A DNA stretch of 64,000 nt, from NCBI GenBank assembly GCA_031261985.1, contig JAISIR010000003.1:26924-90923 (forward strand). Reading direction: 5' to 3'. Below, one piece after another: positions 7,844-17,147 of this stretch. Position 1 is the first letter of the stretch; each line of letters opens with the position of its first letter. Source of the DNA: Clostridiales bacterium (GTDB taxonomy: Bacteria; Bacillota; Clostridia; Monoglobales; WRBX01). The translations under genes and the position numbers were made by a program. The notes beneath the pieces are model-generated. The model saw nothing but the letters and a program-made list of their open reading frames with translations. It ran no database searches and had not been told where the DNA came from.

Positions 7844-8851
7844 TCAATCACCTTTTTCTTCCCCCAACCAATGCAACTCAGCCCCCGCGGTCCGCCTAGC
7901 TATATCCTCGCGCATATCATCCATACTAAACTCCGCCCCTTGCTTCAGCGCGCCCACATATATCTCAAACTTAAGGTTGTAATTTATCGCCTCGGCAACC
8001 GCACGCGCACGCATATATGCAGGGGAAGATTCTGCCCCATCAATCACATCCACCATCGGCACAAAAATTACTTTATCTAGATTTAATTCTTTAATCCCAT
8101 GTTCTGCCAATTCCATATGCTCGCGCCCAATTTGGTCGAATCTTCCCATTATAATACCAATCTTCTTTGGCTCTAATAAATCAGGACGTTTTTTCTTAGT
8201 AACCTCATAGCTCTCACGCGCTCGCCATTTATCAATTTCCTTATGATTCCCACTTAACAACACACTCTCTACCTCTGCCCCGCGCCAACATGCAGGGCGC
8301 GTATATTGTGGATATTCCAAAGCAGATGTGTAAAAACTCTCGTCCGTTTGCTCAGCAATCACGCCATCTACACACCTCGCCGTCGCATCGATAATTGCCA
8401 TGGCAGGAATCTCGCCACCAGTTAAAACAAAATCACCAAGCGAAAGCTCCAGCGGCTCAAGCGCATCAATCGCCCTCTGGTCTATCCCCTCGTAATGCCC
8501 ACAAATTAGGTTAATCTTAGGCTGTGTCGATAAAAATTCCGCCATCGATTGGTCAAACTTGCGCCCCTGAGGCGTCAGCAAAACATTCAACGCATTATCA
8601 TCGGGCGGCGACACACTTTCTACCGCGGCAACAATAGGCTCTGCCTGCATAACCAGCCCTGTGCCACCGCCAAACGTGTAATCATCTACCTTTTTATGCT
8701 TGTTATCTGCAAAATCTCGAATATTAATCAAATTTATATTTATAACTCCGCCCGATACCGCCCGCGCAATAATGCTATCCTGCAACGGCGCAAACATGTT
8801 AGAGAACAGCGTGAACACATTAAACTGTGTTGGCGTTTTTTTATTACCCAT
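7844..8851 (-). CDS. trmD: tRNA (guanine37-N1)-methyltransferase TrmD fused to a degenerate NadD-like N-terminal half domain
   Basis: TrmD motifs 'VFTLFSNMF', 'DDYTFGGGTGLVM', 'ICGHYEGIDQR', 'SLGDFVLTGGEIPAM'. The extra ~105 aa, 'KKIGIIMGRFDQIGREHMELAEHGIKELNLDKVIFVP', resembles the (T/H)xGH nucleotidyltransferase start of NadD. Start set at the ATG at 8851. Confidence 0.85.
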   Translation of the reverse strand: MGNKKTPTQFNVFTLFSNMFAPLQDSIIARAVSGGVININLINIRDFADNKHKKVDDYTFGGGTGLVMQAEPIVAAVESVSPPDDNALNVLLTPQGRKFDQSMAEFLSTQPKINLICGHYEGIDQRAIDALEPLELSLGDFVLTGGEIPAMAIIDATARCVDGVIAEQTDESFYTSALEYPQYTRPACWRGAEVESVLLSGNHKEIDKWRARESYEVTKKKRPDLLEPKKIGIIMGRFDQIGREHMELAEHGIKELNLDKVIFVPMVDVIDGAESSPAYMRARAVAEAINYNLKFEIYVGALKQGAEFSMDDMREDIARRTAGAELHWLGEEKGD

Positions 8852-8993
8852 AAATATCAAACCTTCTTGGTTGCTTAATTTCACTTATTGTATCAGCTTT
8901 TTTTGCCATTGTCAAGGGAGTATTAACAAATTATAGCCACTTTTCATACTATATAAAGACATAACTATATCCTAAAAAGGAGAGATTTTTTTA

Positions 8994-9623
8994 ATGACAA
9001 ATTATTATGATCCAAACTGTGCAGAGGCATTGCTTGGTTTATCTACAAACGCTAATGTAACTAAACGCTGCACAGGAAAGTGTGGTGCAAGTGGCGCAGG
9101 CTGTTCTTGCTCATGCTGTTGTAGAGGTCCCGCGGGTCCTCAAGGCCCTATGGGTCCGGCTGGTATAGCAGGTCCTCAAGGCCCAACAGGCGCACAAGGC
9201 CCAATAGGTGCAACGGGCGCAACTGGCCCAATGGGTCCTCAGGGATTACAAGGCCCAGCAGGCGCAAGCGGCGCAACTGGCCCAACAGGACCCCAAGGTA
9301 TTCAAGGACCTCAGGGTGCAGCTGGAGCAACTGGACCTACAGGAGCAACAGGCGCGACTGGTGCAACAGGCGCGACGGGTGCAACAGGTGCAACTGGCGC
9401 AACAGGAGCGACGGGTGCAACAGGCCCAACTGGAGCAACTGGAGCAACGGGAGCGACAGGTGCAACTGGAGCAACAGGCCCAACCGGCCCAACCGGCCCT
9501 GCCGCTACACCTGCAGCTGATGTTGCCGATATTGCCAACCCATCAGAGGCTACAGCCCAGGAAAATGCTACTACCATCAATAGTATTCTAGCCGCTCTTA
9601 GAGCTGCTGGCTTGATGTCATAG
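8994..9623 (+). CDS. Collagen-like (Gly-X-Thr) repeat protein, BclA-like
   Basis: About 125 uninterrupted G-X-Y triplets (GPQ, GPT, GAT). Cys-rich segment '[18 protein letters not shown]' before the repeat and a short C-terminal tail. Confidence 0.75.
   Translation: MTNYYDPNCAEALLGLSTNANVTKRCTGKCGASGAGCSCSCCCRGPAGPQGPMGPAGIAGPQGPTGAQGPIGATGATGPMGPQGLQGPAGASGATGPTGPQGIQGPQGAAGATGPTGATGATGATGATGATGATGATGATGATGPTGATGATGATGATGATGPTGPTGPAATPAADVADIANPSEATAQENATTINSILAALRAAGLMS
9340..9478 (+). repeat. Tandem 9-bp (GAT-triplet) repeat inside the collagen-like gene
   Basis: Runs of GGNGCNACN encoding (GAT)n. Likely length-variable. Confidence 0.8.
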
Positions 9624-9711
9624 TTAGATAAGACTTTTACCTCGCATTATCTGTTAAAAAACTAGCTTAAACCGAACATAACGTTCTTTAAGTAACAGAT
9701 GTTTTAGAGGC

Positions 9712-9746
9712 GCACAAGGCTGATTTTCTTCAGCCTTTTTGTGTTG
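9712..9746 (+). terminator. Intrinsic terminator after the collagen-like gene
   Basis: AAGGCTG / CAGCCTT stem followed by a T-run. Confidence 0.65.
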
Positions 9747-9792
9747 CATTCTTCAATTTAATCAAACACAATAGGCAATGCTCATTTAGGGC

Positions 9793-9821
9793 TTGACAAA
9801 CCGATATTTCTGTGATATAAT
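9793..9821 (+). promoter_or_regulatory. Sigma-A type promoter of rplU-rpmA
   Basis: TTGACA (9793-9798), 17 nt, TATAAT (9816-9821) with an upstream TG. Confidence 0.7.
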
Positions 9822-9828
9822 ATAACAG

Positions 9829-9989
9829 CTGTGATTTAAGCAAGTGCTAATTGCTTAAAAAGTGCCGCGTGAACAAGGCAACTAAGTGGTAAATTAGGGT
9901 TGTTACACTAATATCCAAAACCCCTTTGCCCGCCAATGTTTAGCGAGTCTTTTTCACAAATATTTTATAGAAAGAGGGTAACTAAGTTT
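9829..9989 (+). promoter_or_regulatory. Long 5' leader of rplU, a possible ribosomal-protein L21 leader
   Basis: About 160 nt of untranslated leader between a consensus promoter and rplU. Firmicutes are known to carry an L21 leader here. The structure was not verified. Confidence 0.3.
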
Positions 9990-10307
9990 ATGACAGCTAT
10001 TATTCAAACAGGCGGTAAGCAATATGACGTTCAAAAAGGAACTATTTTAAACATAGAGCTTTTGCCTAACGCTAACCCAGGTGATAAATACACTTTTGAC
10101 CAAGTGTTAGCCACCTTCGAAAATGGCGAACTTGTAACAGGCGCACCTTATATCGACGGTGCAAAAGTAGAGGCTAAGGTTATAGAGAACGGACGAGGAA
10201 AGAAAATCAAAATCTATAAGTATAAGCCAAAAAAAGGTAGCACTCGCAAACGCATGGGGCATAGGCAACCATTTACAAAAGTCGAGATTACTAAAATTTC
10301 TGCTTAA
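9990..10307 (+). CDS. rplU: 50S ribosomal protein L21
   Basis: Start moved to the ATG at 9990 ('MTAIIQTGGKQYDV'). Ends 'HRQPFTKVEI'. Confidence 0.9.
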   Translation: MTAIIQTGGKQYDVQKGTILNIELLPNANPGDKYTFDQVLATFENGELVTGAPYIDGAKVEAKVIENGRGKKIKIYKYKPKKGSTRKRMGHRQPFTKVEITKISA

Positions 10308-10366
10308 ATAACAATTTAGGCAATAGCAAAAACCATTTTTAAAAAACGAACGGAGTTGAATTATAC

Positions 10367-10621
10367 ATGGCACATAAAAAAGGTATGGGTAGTACTAAAA
10401 ACGGTCGCGATAGTGCTGCCAAACGATTAGGTGCAAAATGTGCAGACGGTCAAACAGTTACCGCTGGCATGATTATTTATCGTCAACGCGGAACACATAT
10501 CCACCCAGGCTTAAATGTAGGCAAGGGCGGCGACGATACCTTGTTTGCACTTGCTAATGGTGTTGTTAAATACGAACGCCTAGGTAGAGATAAAAAACAA
10601 GTAAGCGTGTACGCATCGTAA
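10367..10621 (+). CDS. rpmA: 50S ribosomal protein L27 (no N-terminal propeptide)
   Basis: '[22 protein letters not shown]...IIYRQRGT' begins directly with the mature AHKKG sequence. Confidence 0.9.
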   Translation: MAHKKGMGSTKNGRDSAAKRLGAKCADGQTVTAGMIIYRQRGTHIHPGLNVGKGGDDTLFALANGVVKYERLGRDKKQVSVYAS

Positions 10622-10663
10622 AATTAGCAAATGCTAGTTAATTAGTAATTAATAAAATATAAA

Positions 10664-10696
10664 ATCGAGGCAGCCTATAGCTCCTCGATTTTTTTA
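10664..10696 (+). terminator. Intrinsic terminator after rpmA
   Basis: ATCGAGG / CCTCGAT stem followed by TTTTTT. Confidence 0.75.
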
Positions 10697-10728
10697 TATG
10701 TGCGAAACAAATTTGCATTCAGTAAGAA

Positions 10729-11082
10729 GCCTGCTTTTTTACGCTGCCCGAATGAGTTTTTCGCCGCAAACCTTGACAAGCATTTTTCCGCTGCGTGTCA
10801 AGGGCGATGCGTAGCATCGTGCATTTTACCCTTGACTAAGCAAGCGGAACAAATGCTAAGGTTGATAGGTGAAAGGCTCGTCGGGCAAGCGCAAAATTAC
10901 GCAGTTTGAATAGATTTAGAGCTCAAAGGATTCTAAATACTTGCCCGCTATCAACGTGGCAAAGTGGCGAAACTAAGCGAAGGAATAAAGAGCGATTTCC
11001 TCGTCCTGACTGAGCGGTTTTGCCAATTTGCCACGTTGATAGCTTGAAACAATACAATAAGTTTTCAGAAAAACAAGCCCCG
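10729..11082. repeat. Composite nested-hairpin repeat, copy 2
   Basis: Aligns with 1421-1876 but lacks the internal ~110-bp module. Lies between convergent rpmA and rny. Confidence 0.85.
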
Positions 11083-11101
11083 ATTCTGCATTGCCTTTAA
11101 A

Positions 11102-12655
11102 TCATGTCGCATACTCAACCGCACGAGTCTCGCGTATAACATTAACCTTTATCTGTCCTGGGTACTCCATCTCGCCCTCTATCTTCTTAACAATTTCTTT
11201 AGCCACAACAACCATCGAGCTATCGTTAACTTCTTCTGGCTTAACAATAATCCTAATTTCACGCCCCGCCTGGATAGCATACGTCTTCTCTACCCCGCCA
11301 AAGCTATTGCCAATTTCTTCTAATTGTTCCAAGCGTTTCACATAATTTTCTATGTTTTCCCTACGCGCTCCAGGCCTAGAAGCCGAAATCGCATCCGCCG
11401 CCTGAACAATAACCGCTATAACACTCTCTGGCTCTACATCGCCATGATGCGCGGCAATAGTGTTAATAATTACAGGGCTTTCTTTGTACTTTTTAGCAAT
11501 ATCCGCACCTATAGACGCGTGACTTCCCTCAACCTCGTGGTCTATTGCCTTACCAATATCGTGCAACAGCCCCGCACGCCTAGCCACTTTTACATCAGCG
11601 TGTAGCTCGGCAGCAATTAGCCCACTTATAATAGAAACTTCGCACGCATGCTTAAGCACGTTTTGCCCATAACTGGTGCGATATTTAAGCTTACCTAAAA
11701 TACGCACAAGTTCTGGATGCAATCCATACACATTAGTATCAAACGTTGCTTGGTTACCCGCCTTGCGAATAATCTCCTCAACTTCTTTTTTAGCCTTCTC
11801 GACCATTTCTTCTATACGCGTCGGATGAATTCGACCGTCTATAATCAACTTCTCAAGAGTTATGCGCGCAATCTCGCGCCTTACAGGGTCAAACCCGCTT
11901 AAAATAACCGCCTCTGGAGTATCGTCTATTATTAAATCTACACCCGTTAAATTCTCTATTACTCTAATATTCCTACCCTCGCGCCCGATAATCCTGCCTT
12001 TTATATCATCACTTGGCAGTTGAACAACCGAAACCGTCGACTCGGTAACTTGGTCAGACGCCACACGCTGGATAGCACCCACAATTATATTGCGCGCTTT
12101 ATCGTTCGCTTCTTCTTTAGCTTTTTCTTCAATTTCTTGAACACGTTGCGCCGCCTCATGCACCGCTTCGGTATGAATAGCATTTATCAGCTCTTGCTTA
12201 GCTTCTTCTGCCGACATATGCGCCACACGCTCTAGCTCTATTTTTTGCTTGTCTAACGCAACAAACAATTGTTGCTCTTTATCTGCAAGCTCTTTAACTT
12301 TATCGTCTAGCTGTTGTTCGCGCTTCTCTGCTGCTTCTTCTTTTTTATCTAACGATTCTTCTTTAAGCAAAACCCTACGCTCTTGGCGCGATATCTCTGC
12401 CCGACGTTCCTTAATCTCTTTATCAAGCTCCGTCTTGTTTTTTAAAATCTCTTCCTTAGCCTCAAGCAAAACCTCGCGCTTTTTAGCTTCCGACTTCTTT
12501 TTCGCTTCGTTAATAATGTCCTTAGCTTTATTTTCCGCCCCGCCAATTTCTGCCTCGGCAACTTTTTGACGATACGCCATTCCAAATTTAAAACATACAA
12601 AACCAGATACTCCGGCAAGTACCACTGCGATAACAATCGCTAACCATATATCCAT
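11102..12655 (-). CDS. rny: Ribonuclease Y
   Basis: N-terminal TM helix, long Lys/Glu coiled coil, KH domain '[12 protein letters not shown]', HD domain '[10 protein letters not shown]'. Confidence 0.9.
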   Translation of the reverse strand: MDIWLAIVIAVVLAGVSGFVCFKFGMAYRQKVAEAEIGGAENKAKDIINEAKKKSEAKKREVLLEAKEEILKNKTELDKEIKERRAEISRQERRVLLKEESLDKKEEAAEKREQQLDDKVKELADKEQQLFVALDKQKIELERVAHMSAEEAKQELINAIHTEAVHEAAQRVQEIEEKAKEEANDKARNIIVGAIQRVASDQVTESTVSVVQLPSDDIKGRIIGREGRNIRVIENLTGVDLIIDDTPEAVILSGFDPVRREIARITLEKLIIDGRIHPTRIEEMVEKAKKEVEEIIRKAGNQATFDTNVYGLHPELVRILGKLKYRTSYGQNVLKHACEVSIISGLIAAELHADVKVARRAGLLHDIGKAIDHEVEGSHASIGADIAKKYKESPVIINTIAAHHGDVEPESVIAVIVQAADAISASRPGARRENIENYVKRLEQLEEIGNSFGGVEKTYAIQAGREIRIIVKPEEVNDSSMVVVAKEIVKKIEGEMEYPGQIKVNVIRETRAVEYAT

Positions 12656-12906
12656 CTTAATTTCTCCCTTTAAAAGTTAAGGCACAGGCTTTGTTAAAAC
12701 CTAAACCAAAACCATATATATAAACACTAAACACCATTTAAAAAAACAAATAGTTTTTAGCAGTTGTAAAACATTTTATCACATATTAAAAAAAAAGTCA
12801 AGTGGTATTGACAAATTGTAATATTTGTGATACAATTGTAAAGCAACAAATTTTTTAAACAAACAAAACGTATAAAGCAATCTTATTTTTAGGGGGTTAA
12901 TTAGCT

Positions 12907-13095
12907 ATGGCAAAATGTGATGTGTGCGGAAAAGGTGTTGCGTTTGGCAATAATGTAAGCCACTCGCACAGAAGGTCTAATCGTACATTTAAACCAAATA
13001 TACAAAAAATGTCTATATTTGTAGATAACGTTAAGCTTCGCTTTAATGTTTGTACTAAATGTATGCGTACTTTGCGCAAAAATTCAAACGCGTAA
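12907..13095 (+). CDS. rpmB: 50S ribosomal protein L28
   Basis: 'MAKCDVCGKGVAFGNNVSHSHRRSNRTFKPN' is the typical L28 N-terminus. 62 aa. Confidence 0.9.
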   Translation: MAKCDVCGKGVAFGNNVSHSHRRSNRTFKPNIQKMSIFVDNVKLRFNVCTKCMRTLRKNSNA

Positions 13096-13317
13096 AAAAA
13101 GTGATACAAAGATTTTTTATTTTATATAAAACTTTAGATATTTATTAATTCATTAAACAAATATTTATGTTTTATTAAAAATTTATAAATTTTGCTTGAC
13201 TTTTACCTTCTCTTTTTGATAAAATGTCCTTACACTAAACAAGGGCATTTTTTGTTTTTGCTTTTTTTGCAAAAACTAACCATGTGAAGCAGTTACGACG
13301 AGAAAGGAGGGGTTTCC

Positions 13318-14826
13318 ATGCAAGCACAACAAAATTTAGCAATTTCGGTTACTGCAGAAGATTTATCATCACCAAATACAACCGACGAACGCATTCCTAA
13401 CCAACTAATATGGAACAATATCCTTCCTCGCCTGGTTAAAAAGTTCTCGCAGGCTACTTTCGATGCCTGGTTTTCGTCGCTTAAACCCATGGGCATGACC
13501 AAAACTACCTTCTACATCGGCGCGCCTAATAACATTTTAGCAGATATCATTATGAAGATGTACACATCAACTCTTTCTCAAATTATCCACGAAATTACCG
13601 GCAAACAATACTTAATCGGTGTCGAAATTATTCAAAAGACTTCCCCTTTACCTAATAATCCTCAACAAACTAACACTAACACACCGCCTAAAACAACTAC
13701 GCTTCCCCTTAACACTAAACCTGTAGATAAACCTGTAGATTCACCTGTTAAAACCACATATACAATCCCGGCAAACATTACATATTCACAAACTACCACC
13801 CAAATTACCGAACCCTCTAATACAAATATAAAAAACCCTCATCTTTTGCCCGACCCTTCTTTTACCTTTAACAACTTTGTAGAAGGCGAGGATAACGAGT
13901 TTGCAAAATCGGCTGCTTTAAATGTAGCTCAAAGCAAAAATATTAAGTATAACCCATTAGTTATATATGGCGGAACAGGCGTGGGTAAAACTCATCTGCT
14001 TAATGCAATAGGTAACGAGATTCTTAAAAATAACCCAAGTTACATTGTTGCTTATGCCCCATCCGAAAAATTTACCAACGAACTTTTAGAAAGTTTATAT
14101 ACTAAAAACACTAGCGCATTTCGCAATAAATATCGCAAAGTAAACGCACTTTTGCTTGACGATATTCAGTTTTTGATGGAAAAAGAACGTACACAAGAAG
14201 AATTTTTCCATACCTTTAACGACCTTATTGCCGAAGATTGCTTGGTGGTTATTACTTCCGACCGACCACCTAAAGAGCTTACTAAACTTACCTCTCGCTT
14301 ACAATCTCGTCTACAAGGCGGCTTAATTGTAGATATTAAAAAACCTAATCTTTCTACTCGCTTAGGAATCTTACACTCTATGCTTAACGCCCTGCATGTT
14401 CCTTCCGATAAAATTGAGCCTGGCGCGTTAGAAGAATTAGCTAAAGATATAAAATCAAATACACGCGAACTTAAAGGGTTTGTTAATAAAATTGCCGCTT
14501 ATTACGATATTACAAATAAGCCTATATCCGTTTCTTACATAAAATCTCTTTTAGGTGAGTACTTTGGTACAACCGATAGTAATTTATCGTATACCGACAT
14601 AATCCGCCAGGTAGAACAACAATATAAACTACCTAGTAACTCGCTTGTTAGCAAAAGCCGAAATAAAAACGTAACTCTTCCGCGCCAAATTGCCATGTAC
14701 CTATGTAGAACTAAGCTTAACCTTAGCTATCCTAAAATAGGAAGCATTTTTGGCCGCTCTCATGCCACTGTTATACATAATGTTAAGATAATAGAAGAGA
14801 ATAAAGATATAATTAACTTCCTCTAA
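13318..14826 (+). CDS. dnaA: Chromosomal replication initiator DnaA
   Basis: AGGAGG RBS. Walker A 'GGTGVGKTHL', 'LLLDDIQF', and C-terminal DNA-binding 'LPRQIAMYLCR...SYPKIGSIFGRSHATVIHN'. Unusually long Pro/Thr/Asn-rich domain II. Confidence 0.95.
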   Translation: MQAQQNLAISVTAEDLSSPNTTDERIPNQLIWNNILPRLVKKFSQATFDAWFSSLKPMGMTKTTFYIGAPNNILADIIMKMYTSTLSQIIHEITGKQYLIGVEIIQKTSPLPNNPQQTNTNTPPKTTTLPLNTKPVDKPVDSPVKTTYTIPANITYSQTTTQITEPSNTNIKNPHLLPDPSFTFNNFVEGEDNEFAKSAALNVAQSKNIKYNPLVIYGGTGVGKTHLLNAIGNEILKNNPSYIVAYAPSEKFTNELLESLYTKNTSAFRNKYRKVNALLLDDIQFLMEKERTQEEFFHTFNDLIAEDCLVVITSDRPPKELTKLTSRLQSRLQGGLIVDIKKPNLSTRLGILHSMLNALHVPSDKIEPGALEELAKDIKSNTRELKGFVNKIAAYYDITNKPISVSYIKSLLGEYFGTTDSNLSYTDIIRQVEQQYKLPSNSLVSKSRNKNVTLPRQIAMYLCRTKLNLSYPKIGSIFGRSHATVIHNVKIIEENKDIINFL

Positions 14827-14970
14827 CCAACAACTTATCCAACAACTTTTTCAACACCCTCCATCCGTGGTTTTGACGAACCCCTTTTCCCTTTTTCAAC
14901 AGTTCCAACAACCATTACTACTACTACTTTCTTAATTATATTATATATTATATAAGGAACAAAAAAAGAG

Positions 14971-16200
14971 GTGTCTTTCATTAAAACATTAAAACAACTT
15001 AAAAACACAAAAAAACAAACTATCCTCTTTTGGTTAGCATTTATAATACTAATAAACATTCGTTTTTTATTAGCCTTTAAACTAGACATTAAACATAAAT
15101 ACGATTTTAATTGCTTCTGGGCATGGAGCAGCCACATCACACGCGTCGGATTCCGCGAATTTTACCCAACTATAAGCTTTTGCGATTATCCACCTTTTTA
15201 CATGATAATACTTTTCTTTGTAGGTAAACTTTCTAATCTTTTGCACATAACACAAGGAAGCATACCATATATAGGGCTAATAAAATCCCCTGCAATGATA
15301 TCCGACATCATAATAGCAATACTTTTATATATTTATGCAAAACAAAACAAAGCAGGCTCGGCAATACTTGCCACACTTTGGATATTACTAGACTTTGGCA
15401 TTGCAATAAACTCGGTCTTTTGGGGTCAAATAGATAGCGTTTGGGTATTAATGATAGTTGCATCTATAATTTTACTAACAAAAGATAAAAAAATCCCCGC
15501 TGTTTTCCTTTTTGTATTAGCAATCCTTACAAAAACTCAATCGTTTGTGTTTGCACCAATATATTTAGCATATTTTTTGACCGAAAAAAAGCCAAAAACA
15601 TGGGTGCTTTCGGTTGCAATAGCGCTTATAACTATATTTTTAGTGGCTATCCCCTTTACAAAAAACTTCGATTTTACTTGGCTGTACGAAAAATATCGCT
15701 ATGCTATGAATCTTTATAAATACAGAACCATGAACGCATTTAACTTTTACTATATGTTAGGTTGGAACTATAAAAGCTCTGAAGGAGCAATATTTAGTAT
15801 AATATCTATATTAGTAGCAGGAACATTATCTATATATAGCATGCTAACAATACTATTAAAAAAGAATAACAATAATATATTTTACACAGCCTTTTTATTA
15901 ATGTTTGGTATATTTGTTTTAATGCCCCAGATGCACGAAAGATACATCTTCCCCGCGCTTGTCTTTTTATACTTTGCATTTGTAGCATTCCCAATTACTT
16001 TGCGTAAAAAAGTATTACCATTATTAATTACCATATCGATAACAACATATGCAAATTGTCATTACGCATTAGTCTTTAACGAAGGACCAATACCAAACAA
16101 CTTTTTAACTTACGGATTATCATTAATTAACGTCATAGCCTTTATTTATTCAATAGTGTTTAGTATAAAGTTATGGAAAACACAACCAAGCAAAAATTAA
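14971..16200 (+). CDS. Polytopic membrane protein, GT-C-type glycosyl/mannosyltransferase-like
   Basis: About 11 predicted TM segments. N-terminal 'KYDFNCFWAWS...CDYPPFYMII' resembles the D..F..W / YPP motif of GT-C (DUF2029/Gpi18-like) transferases. GTG start is uncertain. Confidence 0.5.
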   Translation: MSFIKTLKQLKNTKKQTILFWLAFIILINIRFLLAFKLDIKHKYDFNCFWAWSSHITRVGFREFYPTISFCDYPPFYMIILFFVGKLSNLLHITQGSIPYIGLIKSPAMISDIIIAILLYIYAKQNKAGSAILATLWILLDFGIAINSVFWGQIDSVWVLMIVASIILLTKDKKIPAVFLFVLAILTKTQSFVFAPIYLAYFLTEKKPKTWVLSVAIALITIFLVAIPFTKNFDFTWLYEKYRYAMNLYKYRTMNAFNFYYMLGWNYKSSEGAIFSIISILVAGTLSIYSMLTILLKKNNNNIFYTAFLLMFGIFVLMPQMHERYIFPALVFLYFAFVAFPITLRKKVLPLLITISITTYANCHYALVFNEGPIPNNFLTYGLSLINVIAFIYSIVFSIKLWKTQPSKN

Positions 16201-16234
16201 AAATATATAAAACTCTAACAAAGGAGAAAAAACC

Positions 16235-16855
16235 ATGAGCAAAAAGAATCTAATGATTACAATACTAACCGTTGCAATCATAGCAATTTTAGGCGCGTTG
16301 GGTTATTACATCTACCTAAAAAACAGCACAATTAAACCAATGGCCGAAGAGCAAGCAAAACAAGTAAAAGCCGAGCAACAAAAACAAGTAGTAGCAAAGG
16401 TAGTTGGCGATAGCCGCCTTATTAAAATAAATAGCGAGGTTATGTTTAACTTCTTCCTAAAAAAAGATATAGAACTAACCGCGTTTGATAACAAAAAACT
16501 ATCTACTTTAATAAAAGAGAATTATGACCAAGACATCTCTAAATACTATGGCAAATATATAACTGTACGAACAGCCGATACCGTTTTAAGAACAACCACC
16601 GACCCTAACGAACCAGGCAACTTAACTTATGTGTTCGTGTTTGCAGAGGAAGAGCTTGTGTATAGCACAACCATCCCCGATAGCAGCGGAAGCGCAGAAT
16701 TTAACAATTTAATCCAAGTATGCGTTCAGCTAGAAAAAGAATATGGCATCCCAAGCCCAACACCTTCTCCTACTCCAACACCTACTCCAGAAGAAGAGCA
16801 AAACACAGAAGCACCAATCGAAGAAGTACCTGTAGAAGAAGTCCCAGCACAATAA
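16235..16855 (+). CDS. Membrane-anchored protein with Pro/Thr/Glu-rich tail
   Basis: N-terminal TM helix and a C-terminal 'PSPTPSPTPTPTPEEE' linker. AAGGAGA RBS. Confidence 0.5.
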   Translation: MSKKNLMITILTVAIIAILGALGYYIYLKNSTIKPMAEEQAKQVKAEQQKQVVAKVVGDSRLIKINSEVMFNFFLKKDIELTAFDNKKLSTLIKENYDQDISKYYGKYITVRTADTVLRTTTDPNEPGNLTYVFVFAEEELVYSTTIPDSSGSAEFNNLIQVCVQLEKEYGIPSPTPSPTPTPTPEEEQNTEAPIEEVPVEEVPAQ

Positions 16856-16881
16856 GCTAAAAATAAAATAAAAATAACCAA

Positions 16882-16920
16882 AAAACGGTCATCTGTCAAA
16901 TCAGGTGACCGTTTTGCTTT
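16882..16920 (+). terminator. Intrinsic terminator
   Basis: AAAACGGTCATCTG / CAGGTGACCGTTTT stem. Confidence 0.75.
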
Positions 16921-17147
16921 AATAATATGGAAAAAACAACATTAACAAAAAAACTTAACAGAAATTTAACAAAACGACAGTTTTACCCCTTGAAAAAGAT
17001 TTATATTTGTGTTATAATAGAAATGTAAGGAAAATAAGAAGGCTAGTCGGCATTAGTTAATCTGCTACGCCGCTAGCCCTTACTTGTATCCTTGACCCGC
17101 AAAAATGAATTTTTGCGGAATTTAATCACAAACAAGTAAAAAGAACG

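Noticed and set aside
9148-9591. Three ORF-track entries (9148-9330 -, 9208-9591 +, 9311-9580 -) overlapping the collagen-like gene
   Set aside because: They are alternative frames or the opposite strand of a GGN-GCN-ACN tandem repeat, which stays open in several frames by composition. Only the Gly-X-Y frame has a start, an RBS and flanking non-repeat domains.
10700-10909. 69-aa ORF in the rpmA-rny gap
   Set aside because: It lies entirely within the composite hairpin repeat (copy 2). It has no RBS, and the equivalent region of copy 1 is not open in the same frame.
11091-12636. Several ORFs antisense to or out of frame with rny (11091-11345, 11324-11605, 11717-11902, 12020-12235, 12249-12569, 12442-12636)
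   Set aside because: rny is unambiguous (TM, KH and HD domains). The overlapping frames are low-complexity products of its Lys/Glu-rich coding sequence.
12656-13317. oriC call in the AT-rich gaps flanking rpmB and dnaA
   Set aside because: No cluster of DnaA boxes could be found by eye, so calling an origin here would be guesswork. It is kept as a finding to be tested computationally.
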